DNA of 64,000 bases from Macrostomum lignano. Taxonomy: Eukaryota. Position 1 is the first letter of the stretch; each line of letters begins with the position of its first letter. The stretch spans positions 62,001 to 126,000 of the forward strand of contig NIVC01002889.1 in NCBI GenBank assembly GCA_002269645.1. Direction: 5' to 3'. Under the pieces are notes generated by a model that made no database searches, had not been told where the DNA came from, and saw only the letters and a list, made by a program, of their open reading frames with translations. Positions 1 to 12,212 of the stretch are shown in pieces. Both the position numbers and the translations under genes were made by a program.

Positions 1-876
1 GTGCTGGAGTCGCCCAGCCTGCCAGTCGGCTCGCTGCACATCGTCACCCACGACGGCGCCACTGTTGGCCGCGACCCGGCCGCCCTGCCCACCCTGCTGC
101 TGGCTGGCGACGCCTCGGTGAGCAAGCTGCACTGCCGGATCGAGTACAGCCGGCCGGACAGGCACTTCCAGGCGGTGGACATGGCCAGCCACACCGGCAC
201 GCTGATCGGCGGCCGGCCAATCAGCAACCGGCGCGAGATCAGCCGGCCTGCGGCTCTGCTGCACGGCTGCCGGCTGCGGATCGGCGCCACCGAGTTTCTC
301 TGCCATATTCACCGGTACCCCGGTGAGGCCACCTGTTCCAGGTGCGAGCCCGGTCTTATACAGCGGCCGCAGTCGCCCGTCGCCGATGATTCGCCGAGCA
401 GCGCCCCGGATCGGCGAGCCCAGCTGCGCCAGTTGAAGGCCAAGCACGGCCTCCTGGCGCCGGCAACTGGCGCGGCCGCCGCGGCGCCTCCGGGCTACGC
501 GGACCGGGCCGCGGCTCGCAGGCGCGAGTTCGGCCTCGACGACGACTCGAGGCAGCTGGAATCAGGCGGCCGGCCGGTTGAACGTCAACAGGCTGCCGCG
601 GCCTCCGTCGATGTGGCGCTGCACGAGCGGGAGAAGTCGAACCCGGGAGTCCGCCTGCTGGCCAGGATGGGCTGGCGGCCGGGCGACGGAGTCGGCGTCG
701 GCGAACGTGCCGAGCGGAGTCTGCGGGAGCCGCTGGGCGCCGCGCCGCGCCTGTCGGAGCGGGCCGGACTCGGCTCCGAGCTCGGCCGGGCAGCGTCGAA
801 CGTCGACGCCGAGGCTGATCGGCGGCGTGCTCGAGTTGCCATGGTGACGCGTGAGCGATACGATCGGATTGGATAA
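1..876 (+). CDS. AGGF1: AGGF1-like FHA + G-patch domain protein, 5'-partial (runs off the window start)
   Basis: FHA-like segment (ATVGR...VSKLHCRIEY...DMASHTGTLIGG) followed by RCEPG...LKAKHGL...Y.DRAAARR and a G-patch (NPGVRLLARMGWRPGDGVG); this order is typical of the AGGF1 C-terminus. Stop TAA at 874-876. Confidence 0.8.
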   Translation: MLESPSLPVGSLHIVTHDGATVGRDPAALPTLLLAGDASVSKLHCRIEYSRPDRHFQAVDMASHTGTLIGGRPISNRREISRPAALLHGCRLRIGATEFLCHIHRYPGEATCSRCEPGLIQRPQSPVADDSPSSAPDRRAQLRQLKAKHGLLAPATGAAAAAPPGYADRAAARRREFGLDDDSRQLESGGRPVERQQAAAASVDVALHEREKSNPGVRLLARMGWRPGDGVGVGERAERSLREPLGAAPRLSERAGLGSELGRAASNVDAEADRRRARVAMVTRERYDRIG

Positions 877-972
877 CTTCGCTGAGTTATTGTAATATAT
901 TTATGCTCTGCTTCACTGATTTCTGCTAGCTTTTCACCTCGGCTCCGTACAGCAATCCGACCTCTGCTCCGT

Positions 973-1975
973 CATCAGTGATCCACTATTCCGACATCAG
1001 TGACCCACTCACTATTCCGACATCAGTGACCCACTATTCCGCCATCAGTGACCCACTATTCCGACATCAGTGACCCACTCACTATTCCGACATCAGTGAC
1101 CCACTCACTATTCCGACATCAGTGACCCACTATTCCGACATCAGTGACCCTCTATTCCGACATCAGTGACTCACTATTCCGACATAAGTGATCCACTATT
1201 CCGACATCAGTGACCCACTATTCCGACATCAGTGACCCTCTATTCCGACATCAGTGACTCACTATTCCGACATAAGTGATCCACTATTCCGACATAAGTG
1301 ATCCACTATTCCGACATAAGTGATCCACTATTCCGACATCAGTGACCCACTATTCCGACATCAGTGACCCTCTATTCCGACATCAGTGACTCACTATTCC
1401 GACATCAGTGACCCTCTATTCCGACATCAGTGACTCACTATTCCGACATAAGTGATCCACTATTCCGACATCAGTGACCCACTATTCCGACATCAGTGAC
1501 CCTCTATTCCGACATCAGTGACTCACTATTCCGACATAAGTGATCCACTATTCCGACATAAGTGATCCACTATTCCGAAATCAGTGACCCTCTATTCCGA
1601 CATCAGTGACTCACTATTCCGACATAAGTGATCCACTATTCCGAAATCAGTGACCCACTATTCCGAAATCAGTGACCCACTATTCCGAAATCAGTGACCC
1701 ACTATTCCGACTTCAGTGACCCTCTATTCCGACATCAGTGACCCTCTATTCCGACATCAGTGACCCTCTATTCCGACTTCAGTGACCCTCTATTCCGACT
1801 TCAGTGACCCTCTATTCCGACTTCAGTGACCCTCTATTCCGACTTCAGTGACCCTCTTTTCCGACTTCAGTGACCCTCTTTTCCGACTTCAGTGACCCTC
1901 TATTCCGACTTCAGTGACCCTCTTTTCCGACTTCAGTGACCCTCTTTTCCGACTTCAGTGGCCCACTATTCCGAA
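973..1975. repeat. Minisatellite, ~22-bp unit (ccactattccgacatcagtgac) with 26-bp variants
   Basis: Direct tandem repetition; variants drift along the array (gacatc to gaaatc to gacttc). Confidence 0.95.
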
Positions 1976-2747
1976 AGTCTGGTCGGTGCAGTTCGGGCCG
2001 AAATTCTAAATCAGTGCTTCATCATTGCGCTCAACAAAATAGTTTTTGAATGCTGGGTTGAAATAAAAAAATTGGTTGAACAGGTAGGCCTGCTGTGACA
2101 ATCTGTGTATTGCTTTCCTTCCTGTATGATTTTGTCCTTGTCGCTAGTTTTTCATGTAAGTCATTTTTCTCCTTGTCGGATGTGAACGCGAACTGAATTG
2201 TTGCAAGAGGTTTCTTTGCCTATTCGCTTTTTGTTTGGGAAACACTGCTTTAACATTCTAGCCTGTCTGTGCATGTTGTGTTGAAACTCATGAATGTTGA
2301 AAATACACGTTGCTCAATAGAATGCATTTATTACATTTTATAGTAACTGTCCTTGAACTGAAAAACTACTTTAAAATTTGTATGTTTTACATAAATATTT
2401 GCGCATTATTTTACCGACATAATTCGCACTGTATACCCAAGCACCTGGGCCTTTCTATACAGCCCCATCCTTGAGCAGTATTATAATATAAGCGCTCAGT
2501 GGCGAGATGGAACCAAGGCTGGCTGACTCGTGCGCTTTAAAGTATATGTTGCGGCAATGGCTGGGATAAATAAGCCGTCAGCTGAATGACTGGAGTTTGC
2601 TAAGGAGAAATTTTCCTTAATGCTGCTTATTTATGCAGTCTGAGCTTGCTTCACTTTCTTAGGCGAGTGTTTGCCCACTGTACTGCACCATATAAATTGC
2701 CATGGGACATCAATGTCCTCAGTCTCAGTGTCCTCACCAATCAATTC

Positions 2748-2985
2748 TATTTCGACATCAGTGAACCTCTATTCCGACATCAGTGACCCTCTATTTCGAC
2801 ATTAGTGACCCTCTATTCTGACATCAGAGACCCTCTATTTCGACATTAGTGACCCTCTATTCCGACATCAGTGACCCACTATTCCGACATCAGTGACCCA
2901 CTCATTATTCCGATATCAGTGACTCACTCACTATTCCGACATCAGTGACCCTCTATTCTGACATCAGTGACCCTCTATTCCGAAT
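2748..2985. repeat. Second block of the same ~22-bp minisatellite
   Basis: Unit ctctattccgacatcagtgacc matches the 973-1975 array. Confidence 0.9.
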
Positions 2986-4629
2986 TAAATATCGAATAAT
3001 GAGGCAGAAAATGCTATGGCTAGCGAAAACTTGAGACTAAAAAGAATGTAAGTCTCCATCTTGCTCCCGCAAGTCCATTTCTAATCATCAATTATTCAGT
3101 CAGGTGAGGCTGAACCGGTACGAGGTGAGCAGCTGGCTGCCGCCATCTATCCGAGTGTATATTTCATCTCAAGTTTCATACTTTTTCAATTAGCCTCGGC
3201 ATCGCAGCAGCCGGTCAGAATGCGGATTAGCTTGAGCTAAAGACAAATTCATATTTGCCCTTACCCAGGGGATCTGGGACGCATGCTGACTGGCAAATCA
3301 ATCAAGCAACACCGGCTCTCCGGGACTTCAGATTCTAGGATGCAGCTTCCACTGCGTGACAAGCTCGCTGCTGACAGCTGCCATAAAATCCAACGCGTTT
3401 AACTGGCAGAACATTTTTACAGCAGTATTATATGCGCGCAATTTTGCGAAAGATTTCTTAAGCATCCTCCAATCCGCTGCGGACGATGAAGGAAACAACA
3501 AGGGGACTTGTACCTTCCTAACATCTATTGCTCTTGCAATTTCGCCTCCATCGCCTGCAATACTTAACTGTTCTAGCGCCAGGTGCATGCTCTGGGATGT
3601 GTTGAGCACACTTGAGCTGTTTAACAGGCTGTCAATCAATACGCCGGGAAATTAAGCTAACAATTCCAAGATGCGTTTATCTTCTTGCATGCCACGCCAA
3701 TTTTTATTGCACTCGTAATGACGCGACCCAGAAACCAACGAGGCATCGGATCTTAGCATGCGCTTTTTCTTGCCTAACCAGGGGCAGCCACTGACGTCCG
3801 AGCTTATGAATAGTTAATGGGAACTCGAGTTTCTTGTGTATAATAATATAACCTTTGCACTTTCAATATGGGGTAAAAGTTACTGGCCAACGAACTCTAT
3901 TCGTTTGCCTCAGACTCTTGAGCATTTGAAAAGTTTTGCTGTGCACAGACTCTTGCATGCGGGTACTTCTCTCCTTCAAGGGTCAAGAGCTGCTCTGTGT
4001 GTCCACGAACTGCGCTCCTTGTCAATCCTAATGTCTTCACCGGGCCGCTTCCGGGAGCGGAAAAGCTTCTTTAAGTTTCGCTTCGCTTCAGTTCAGTTTC
4101 AGAAGGGCCTTATCAAGCCGGTGCAGTCCCGCTATTTCGCTTCATTGCGTGCGCGGCTCGGGGCGTGCAGAAAGCTGCTGGCATAATGAGATACTGAGGC
4201 TGAGCAGTGGACTGCTAGGTCAGGCTGAGTCTGTGAAACTTCAACTTGGAATAAAACTACGAGTAGTTAAGCTCAGGCCCATGATTTGGAGTTGAGAAGC
4301 TGCGCCTGTCTACTCAAATAATAGTTTTTTTAGTTTGCGATGTTACTCAATTGAACACTTGTGAGCACTTGCTCAAACTCAATTAATACGCTGTTAAGAA
4401 TACATGCACTGTATTAGTCATATTATACTTTACTAAAAGCAACACAATAGCGAGAGTAAGTTTATTTTAGTTCAACAGTCAGGGTGTAAATTTATTAGGG
4501 CGCAGCAGAGCCAGCAATACTTTCATCAGCTGCTCACGTGGGTTTTAAAATGTTTTGTTAAAGTTTCCAGTACCCAGCAATCTCAAGTAAGATTCACTCA
4601 GCCTCAGCAACAATGCGTATTTCATGGCT

Positions 4630-6369
4630 TCAGCAAGTGGTCACGACCATGACGCAGCCGCCGTCGGCGCTGCCGGCACTTCGGCAGCCGCCCGATCGCT
4701 TCCTAGCCCTCAGCGGCTGCTCTGCATCATTTCTCTCCCTAGAGCCGTCGGGCTCCGTTTCCTCTGCACCATCGCCGACGCTGCCGCCGCCGCCGCCGGC
4801 GTCGCCCCGGCACAGATAGCGCACTATCTGGATTAGCAAATCCATGATCTCCACAATCCAGATCAGCGTCACGCCGATCCACATCGAGAACAGGCCTCCA
4901 ACCTGGCTCAGCGTGCTGGGCAGGGTGCGCACCGCCTTTTCCTCGAACACCTTCACCATGTGGTCCTTCTTGGCGATCTTCACCGTGAGGAAGCTGCGGC
5001 TGATCAAGCTGTCCTCGTGCAGCGCCGCCGCGGCGCCCGGCTCGCCTCTTTTCAGCGCCTTCTTGATATTGGCGTAGTGTTGGACAATCTCTTTGTAGTG
5101 ACCGCCCCTGCCGCGCTCGCTATGGCTGAGCATGCCGGCAAAGTCCAGGTGGAACGAGTGCCTCGGCCAGCCGGCCTGGGACACGATGGTCTCGTAGGTG
5201 TAGTGAAAGCACGGCTCCCCGCACTGGCCCGTGCTGTTGTGCGCGATGCCGTTGTAGCATCGGGACGCCTTGGCCGCCCGGTTCAACTGGTCGGCGGTGA
5301 TGTTCGCGACGCTGCCGAACGCCTCGCAAGGCCGGAGATCCCGGCTGGCCAGGCCTGGTGGCTCCGGCAGGGTGGCTGTGTAGCAGCCGCACTTGGCCAC
5401 GATGGTGGCCTGCTTGCTCAGGCTGTCGCACAGGCGCGAGCTGTAGGCGAACTCCTCCCCGGAGGCCACGCGCAGTCTGGCGGGCACCTCGCCGCTGCAC
5501 TGGCCCCAGGGCGGCTCCAGCCGATGCCAGGCATTTGGCACAATCTTCACCTCGGTGAAGGTGCCCGGCATGACGTTGAAGCCGTCCTTGCTGATGTCCG
5601 GGTAGGAGCCCTGCTCGTGCAGCACCAGCCGAGCGCCCCAGGCCAGCGTGTTGACGTCCACCATGAGACAGTCGATACAGTAGCTCTCGTTTGCTGAGTA
5701 GTCCAAGAACACCTGCATCTCCGTATAGATCACCTTGCTGGCGTACTCCGGCCTGATGTTGTACATGTAACAGTTCAGATGGTCGGGGTGGTCGATGCGC
5801 CGCCACTCTCCGATCTCGTGACAAAGGATGTGGCCGACCGGCGGCTCTTCGTTGGGTTTGAGGACCACGGCGAAGCACTTGGTGACCAGCTGGTTGATGC
5901 TGTGGCCCAGCTCCGTGTAGTTGAAGTCCTTGTCGGGCAGGTTGTACCAATAGTGCAGGTGATTCAGCAGGCTGTTCTTGTACGGGTCCATGGTGCCGTT
6001 GCTGGTGGCCGAGATCAGCCTGAGCAGGGCGCGCCAGTACTGCCTGGGCGTTGGCCAGCCGCGCTCCCTGATAACCTCCCGGCCCCGCCGAGACAGCGGG
6101 TTCTGATTGCACAGCGTGAAGCTCGGGAACGTGGCGCTTTGGTCCAGCCGACTTTTCGGCTGCTGAATGGTGTCGAACTGCAGGTACTGGCGCACGATCT
6201 CGTGCAGGTTGACCAGGCAGCCGATGAACAGGCCGGAGACGCAGACCAGCCACATGATTCTGATCCAGCCTTTGGCGCGGACAATCTGCGGAATGCCCCG
6301 CAGCGAGGTGCGCATAGCAAAGCTGACAAAGATCTGGCGCATGCCGCCCGGCCGCCTGGCCTGACCCAT
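4630..6369 (-). CDS. DEG/ENaC (amiloride-sensitive, FaNaC/ASIC-like) channel subunit, single exon, 579 aa
   Basis: Pre-TM1 TSLRGIPQI, TM1, FPSFTLCNQNP signature, Cys-rich thumb (CDSL...KCGCY...C...C.EPC...Y), TM2 TLPSTLSQVGGLFSMWIGVTLIWIVEI. Confidence 0.93.
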   Translation of the reverse strand: MGQARRPGGMRQIFVSFAMRTSLRGIPQIVRAKGWIRIMWLVCVSGLFIGCLVNLHEIVRQYLQFDTIQQPKSRLDQSATFPSFTLCNQNPLSRRGREVIRERGWPTPRQYWRALLRLISATSNGTMDPYKNSLLNHLHYWYNLPDKDFNYTELGHSINQLVTKCFAVVLKPNEEPPVGHILCHEIGEWRRIDHPDHLNCYMYNIRPEYASKVIYTEMQVFLDYSANESYCIDCLMVDVNTLAWGARLVLHEQGSYPDISKDGFNVMPGTFTEVKIVPNAWHRLEPPWGQCSGEVPARLRVASGEEFAYSSRLCDSLSKQATIVAKCGCYTATLPEPPGLASRDLRPCEAFGSVANITADQLNRAAKASRCYNGIAHNSTGQCGEPCFHYTYETIVSQAGWPRHSFHLDFAGMLSHSERGRGGHYKEIVQHYANIKKALKRGEPGAAAALHEDSLISRSFLTVKIAKKDHMVKVFEEKAVRTLPSTLSQVGGLFSMWIGVTLIWIVEIMDLLIQIVRYLCRGDAGGGGGSVGDGAEETEPDGSRERNDAEQPLRARKRSGGCRSAGSADGGCVMVVTTC

Positions 6370-9300
6370 GACTGCTCAATCTGCGGCTCGATTCCACCTC
6401 GGTCCGCTGTCTGTGGGATTTGAACTCAGTTTCTTAGCCTTGAGAATGAGCTCCCTTCCAGCCAATCAGGAGGAACCGGGGGTTCCCCTGTCACAGCTGC
6501 TCAAGTTTCTGCTCAGCCTCTCTCAGTCCTGCGCGCAGTTCGGAAACTTCACAACGTTCCATTTAGATTCAAATCAATTGATCTTTGATGAGTGATTGGG
6601 GAATACAAATATCCCTCATCATGCTTATTCGCCCTCACTAAACTATATATTATAGTTACTGGTGATTCAAGATACCCCCTAAAAATTAGCATGATTAATT
6701 TTACTTTTATAGCTGTACAAGTCTAAAGCCTTTTCGTCGGTAACTACATGTACAGGTTTTTACGGTTATTCGATCAGGCAGTCGCGTACTTTTAATATAG
6801 TTAATTAAAAAATTCAACTGCCGTTTTAGTAGCGTTTCTTGTTAATTAATACGTCAACGTACGTAATTAATACTAATACGCCAATTAGAATGTCTACCAC
6901 ATGTGCTTCTTGCATCAGCTCTGACTCCGTTGGAAACTGGCCTTCACCCAGGCGGGGCTTCTGGACCTTCAACAGGTGGCACCAGGTGACTGTGAATTTC
7001 TCCGATGTCTCTGATCAAGAGAGAGTGGGCAAGCCCTCAACATCTGGATATCCAGACGCGATCATTTTTTTTCAAGATATTAAATTCGTTTAAAATAGTG
7101 CCTAAAGTGTTTAAATGTACTTTAAGACTGTTTAGCGCTGGAGCTCTGCAGTTTCTATTTTATAATAAACAGGTTTGAGCAGTTGTTTACTCAAGGTATT
7201 TTCGATGCTAAAATTATCTTGCAAAAAACATGCATTACGCCCAGCTAGCGAAGCAGCGGCCTCTCAGCAGCTCGGAAGCAGAGAAGTCCGGAAGCAGTTC
7301 TCCCCTCTCTTCGATGAAGTTTTATGCAATACTTTGACTAGGAGGAAACTACATGCCTCTATAGTCCCCTGAGCTGCATCCAGCGAAATAAATCAAGTAT
7401 TTATGGCTAAGTAAAGACACAGAAAAACTTTTCTCTTAAATTATTGCAGAGGATGCGGTCATTCAGACAGCGAATGCGATGCCTATATTCAGCTCGCAGA
7501 TATTTGCTCTTTGCTGCATACGAGTCTACTATAGCTTCTAAGGGTCATTGGTTTTATTGCAGGCCTTCCATTGGGAAAGACTGTCATCAAAGCTACGCTC
7601 CTTACTAGGTTTACTTTGAGCGAGTTTTAACGTATAACTTAGAATAATTCTAGCTCAATCTCTACGACCCGTATTCGCCATGCTCATGTATTTTTAAGCA
7701 TTATACTTTCAGTCTCCGCCAGTCTGCTAGTTCAAGGACTTCTCATCGGCTCTCAAAAAAACACATGGACATCTGAGTATTACCACAAGGACCACTATAG
7801 GAATTAGGACGCCTAGCTATTTGGATAATGCCTATATGCAATTAATGATTTTGAGATCTGGAGAACTACTCGATCTCTATTGCCAATAAAAACACACACT
7901 TTGGTGATGGGTAGCAGAATTCGAGCTTGGGCAGATTTCTAAAAAAGGCCGCTTCGATTCAGCGCGTATCTTATATATGGCCCCGTAGCCTTTTCTCAGA
8001 CTTTTTTATGCAATTTGCGTCACAAACCGCGGCTCTGAGTTGAATTAGAGCTACCAATGGTTTCTGGGTGGAAAATACGACGTAAAAACGTGTTGCTGAG
8101 TGTACGAGCGTAGTTTGTCACATTAATTTTACTTTTTTAATGCATTTTTGCCTGGCTATGCATTAAGAAACAGGAAAGAAAGGCCGTGGGAGCCTTTATA
8201 CAAATTGTCACACTTTATACACGTAAGATAGATAACGTCACACGTCTTAGACACGTTAGATAGATCACTTCACACGTTAGATATGTAGGTAGAAAATGCT
8301 TATATGAATTTCTCTTCTGCCCACGGTTGGCGATAGATTTGAACAGCATAAAATGATTTCGGATTCCTAAATCCACTAAAATATTCCACACGTACGTATG
8401 GGGATCTGTGCAGCATGCGGGAGGCCGCTGGATGCTCCAGCTGAAATAGTCTCTTTTTCTGCCTGGCATTCACATTCACTGAATTATTGATTTATTCAGC
8501 TACATCAAAAGGCGTCAATGACGCGCGCATCAAAAGCAACAATTTCAGCATCTGCTCGTCATCTAATACTGTAAATTCATGCCGTTTAATTGACATTTTC
8601 TGTCTCGTACATGTATTAATTCGCATCCTCGCTAGATCGAGCTCTTTAACAGTTCCTTCCTTGCCCACGACTATCAACGTTCGATGATAGCAAAATACCT
8701 TTAGATATAAGTTGAAAGAACCCCATTAGAATTTCAAAGCCATAATGTTCTTCAGTAGGAACTTGTGGATTTTTTATACATGTCGTTCTAAAATTGAAGA
8801 AAAGAGCTGATTGGCTTGATACATACTTACGATAGAATCATTTCAGGTACGAGTATAGCAGACTTGTTTCTGTTTTGGGCCTGATACGCCCAAGCAATGC
8901 TACCTTAATTCTGGCAGTAGATTAAATTATTTCACTGATTTGTCGCTAGGCGGCCGAAACTAGCGCATATGCTTTGGGCCATAGAGAAACCGAATGGTAA
9001 GATGCATTAATCCAACACAAACAAGTGTAGATTGCAAAAACCGCTACGAGGATCAATAAGAGCTATGAAAAATTCAAGTCATATCAAAAGATGAACATTT
9101 TGGGTCTGCCTCATTGATAAATAAAACCATGATCTGAAAAATTAAAACCTCCATTCTCCGTAATGTCTTTTTCGGTAAAGCCTGCCTTCTAAAATTTCCA
9201 AGAAACATAGTTTTCCGTCCTAGAGTTAGTCTTGGTACGCGAGGACGGTGTAGCTAGATTGAGTTATAGTACGAATAAAAAGTTCATTGCGCGGAATCAT

Positions 9301-10488
9301 ATTAGGATTTTTTCAAAACTTACTATATTCGTCGTTTTGTTTCCTTCTTCCTTCACATCCTTTCTATTCAGTTTTAGCATTTTCTTTTTTTGTTATACAT
9401 ATTATATTTACACTACCGACACAAATTTAACAGTAAAAATGACGCATATTTCTTTGCATACTTCAAAATAAAACTTGTTGTGAGGCTGACGATAGCCGAC
9501 GTTAAATAAAACGAAAGGCTAAGCATTCTTTTCTAGCCATGTAAAATCACGAAAATTGGATTCACTTAAAAGATGTCGTCACAAGTAGTTACTTCAATCA
9601 ATGTGAGTGTAATAATTTTCTCACTTGTCTTGTATTGATCTTTGAATTACTACTTCCTACTAGTTTTATTCCTAATTACTGAAATCTGTTAACAATGCAA
9701 CTTTTATATTTTACAGTAAAGATAAATGAACGAAGATCAATCAATTAGTTAGTCAATCGTTTTGTAAAGTTTTGATGCGTTAAAGTTTCTTTCGCTTACG
9801 AGCTTGTATATTAGCTATAATTTTTAGATGTGGAAATCATTTTTAATTTCAATTTCTAAGCATGATGTGCATTTATTTTTTGGCACCTGCTCTAGCTTTT
9901 TTGAACAATAAAAGTGTTCAAAGTTTTTAGCAGTTAAAATCACATCAATTTTAATTTCAGATTCAAAGGAATGAGTGTCTGGTATAAACATTAGCTATAT
10001 TTCTTTGAAAATTTTGAAACTGCTACTTGGATAACCAGAGATTATATTTTAAAAATGAAGAAATTTTTAGTTTTCTGAATCACAGATTCTCAGTTCATTA
10101 TAATGCATTTATTCGAATATAGTTGAATTATTTAGTCTGAATAAACTTGTATTTTATTATTTGTGCCTGGCCCTGAAATTATACTTTGAAGCTACTATAA
10201 AAAATTATTCTTTTTTAAGATGAAAGTATCTTGTCACTTCTTTTGCCTTTTATCAAGATACTTACCTTTATTTTAGGAACAAAATACTGCGTAAAAATTA
10301 AAACAAAAATTGTATTTTTTTAGCTGTCTTGAATAAAAATCCGTTAGAAAATTAACGATGTGCTCAATCTGGGATGTGTTTGAACAGAAAATAAACTCAT
10401 GGAGGATTTGAGAATCCAGAAAGCTACGTCACTACACTGTTAGTATATCTGCTATATTCATGTTTCAATCAAACCATCACAAACCGCA

Positions 10489-11491
10489 ATGCCAATCGTC
10501 CAGCTCGATTTGTTCAACCCGTCGCCGGAGCAGCAGAGCAGAGCCCGAATCGCCTACGCCATCAACGTGTTCGACGTGCTGCCCCTGCCAGCCCTGCTAG
10601 TCGTGGTGTTCCTCGCCTACTCCATCGTGCTGCTGCTGTTCCGCTTCCTGGCCTATCGGGTTGTCAGCGAAGCCGGCGAGCCGAGCAGCGAGCCCAGCGG
10701 GCCGGGGCCTCTCCGCTCCTGCTGCCTTTGCTGCCTGTCCTGCGCCGACGCCTGCGACTGCTGCGACAGTCGGGGCACCGTGGCCGGCTGCTTGAACGGC
10801 GTCTGTCCGCACAGGCGCAGCGGCGTCAAGTACTCGGATGTCATGCTCTGCCACACTTGCGGGGTGAGCACGGACTGATTGAGGCGAAACCTTTAACTGC
10901 TTCATCCCACCATTAGACACTTTAGTACTTGACCTCACCTGACACCCCGATACCTCATATGACACTCCGATACCTCATCTGACGCTCCGATACCTCATCT
11001 GACAGCCGAATACCTCATCTGACACCCCGATACCTCATTTGACACCCGAATACCTCACCTGACACCCCGATACCTCATATGACACTCCGATACCTCATCT
11101 GACGCTCCGATACCTCATCTGACAGCCGAATACCTCACCTGACACCCCGATACCTCATTTGACACCCGAATACCTCACCTGACACCCCAATACCTCCTCT
11201 GACATCCCAATACCTCATCTGACATCCCCATACCTCATCTGACACCCGAATACCTCACCTGACACCCCGATACCTCATCTGACACCCGAATACCTTATCT
11301 AACATCCCAATACCTCATCTGACACCCAATACCTCATCTGACACCCCAATACCTCATCTGACACCCAAATTCAGCGTTCCACCGTCGACTGCTGCGACGC
11401 AGACTGCGATGATTGCCTTTGCTTCTGCTTCGAGTGCAAGTTCCGGCCTCGGGGCCAGGCGCTGCTGGGCAGGCAGGAGCCGCTGGACTGA
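10489..11491 (+). CDS. Small single-pass membrane protein with Cys-rich C-terminus, 163 aa; exons 10489-10863 and 11375-11491
   Basis: ATG at 10489; hydrophobic stretch PLPALLVVVFLAYSIVLLLFRFLAY; donor GGG|GTGAGC at 10864; acceptor TTCAG| at 11374; phase-0 join continues the Cys pattern (CHTCG|RSTVDCCDADCDDCLCFCFECKFRPRGQALLGRQEPLD*). Confidence 0.75.
10935..11370. repeat. Intronic 20-bp minisatellite (tacctcatctgacaccccga)
   Basis: Tandem units fill the intron and run up to the acceptor. Confidence 0.95.
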
Positions 11492-11904
11492 TTGACCTTC
11501 AGATGACCTTCCAATTGACTGAAGACCATTTATACACTGTAAACACTGGTTGATTTATTGAACTTCATTCACTCTAGTTACTCTTGCATTATTACAATCT
11601 GTCATAAGTGTGCAATATTTTAACTTTCTCTACATTCTACTTTAAGTAGTGCAAAAAACACTTTTATTCTAATAGAAAATGCTGGTCATATTTAATTCGC
11701 TGGATCAATGCTGTGAGTTAATTTTTTGATGAATTGAGAATTCAAATTTTCATAATACCAAGATGGTTGTTCGTATAAAACTTACTTTTGATGATTTTAC
11801 TTGATCCATTGTGCACCCAATCTTACATGTAAGTCCTAATGGTAAAGTCTCTGCAATTATATCCTACACTGATGTTCCCTGGTATCGGCAGTGGGCGTTT
11901 ATTT

Positions 11905-12212
11905 GTCTGTTTTAGGTGGGTGTTTATTTGTCTGATTCGGTTAGGTGTTTATTTGTCTGATTCGGTTAGGTGTTTATTTGTCTGATTCGGTTAGGTGTTT
12001 ATTTGTCTGATTCGGTTAGGTGTTTATTTGTCTGATTCGGTTAGGTGTTTATTTGTCTGATTCGGTTAGGTGTTTATTTGTCTGATTCGGTTAGGTGTTT
12101 ATTTGTCTGATTCGGTTAGGTGTTTATTTGTCTGATTCGGTTAGGTGTTTATTTGTCTGATTCGGTTAGGTGTTTATTTGTCTGATTCGGTTAGGTGTTT
12201 ATTTGTCTGATT
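11905..12212. repeat. 25-bp minisatellite (tgtttatttgtctgattcggttagg)
   Basis: Near-perfect tandem copies. Confidence 0.95.

Noticed and set aside
4960-6423. Long overlapping ORFs (4960-5697 +, 5120-6397 -, 5779-6423 +)
   Set aside because: Shadow frames of the GC-rich DEG/ENaC CDS. Similar shadows overlap the nAChR, SULT, FAX, NOX and Akt exons.
6600-10400. Short ORFs in the AT-rich spacer (e.g. 8215-8469, 8492-8677)
   Set aside because: No recognisable motifs, coherent exon chain or TIRs; left unannotated.
11905-12212. TTAGG within a tandem repeat, suggesting interstitial telomeric sequence
   Set aside because: Only one TTAGG per 25-bp unit; not a telomeric array.
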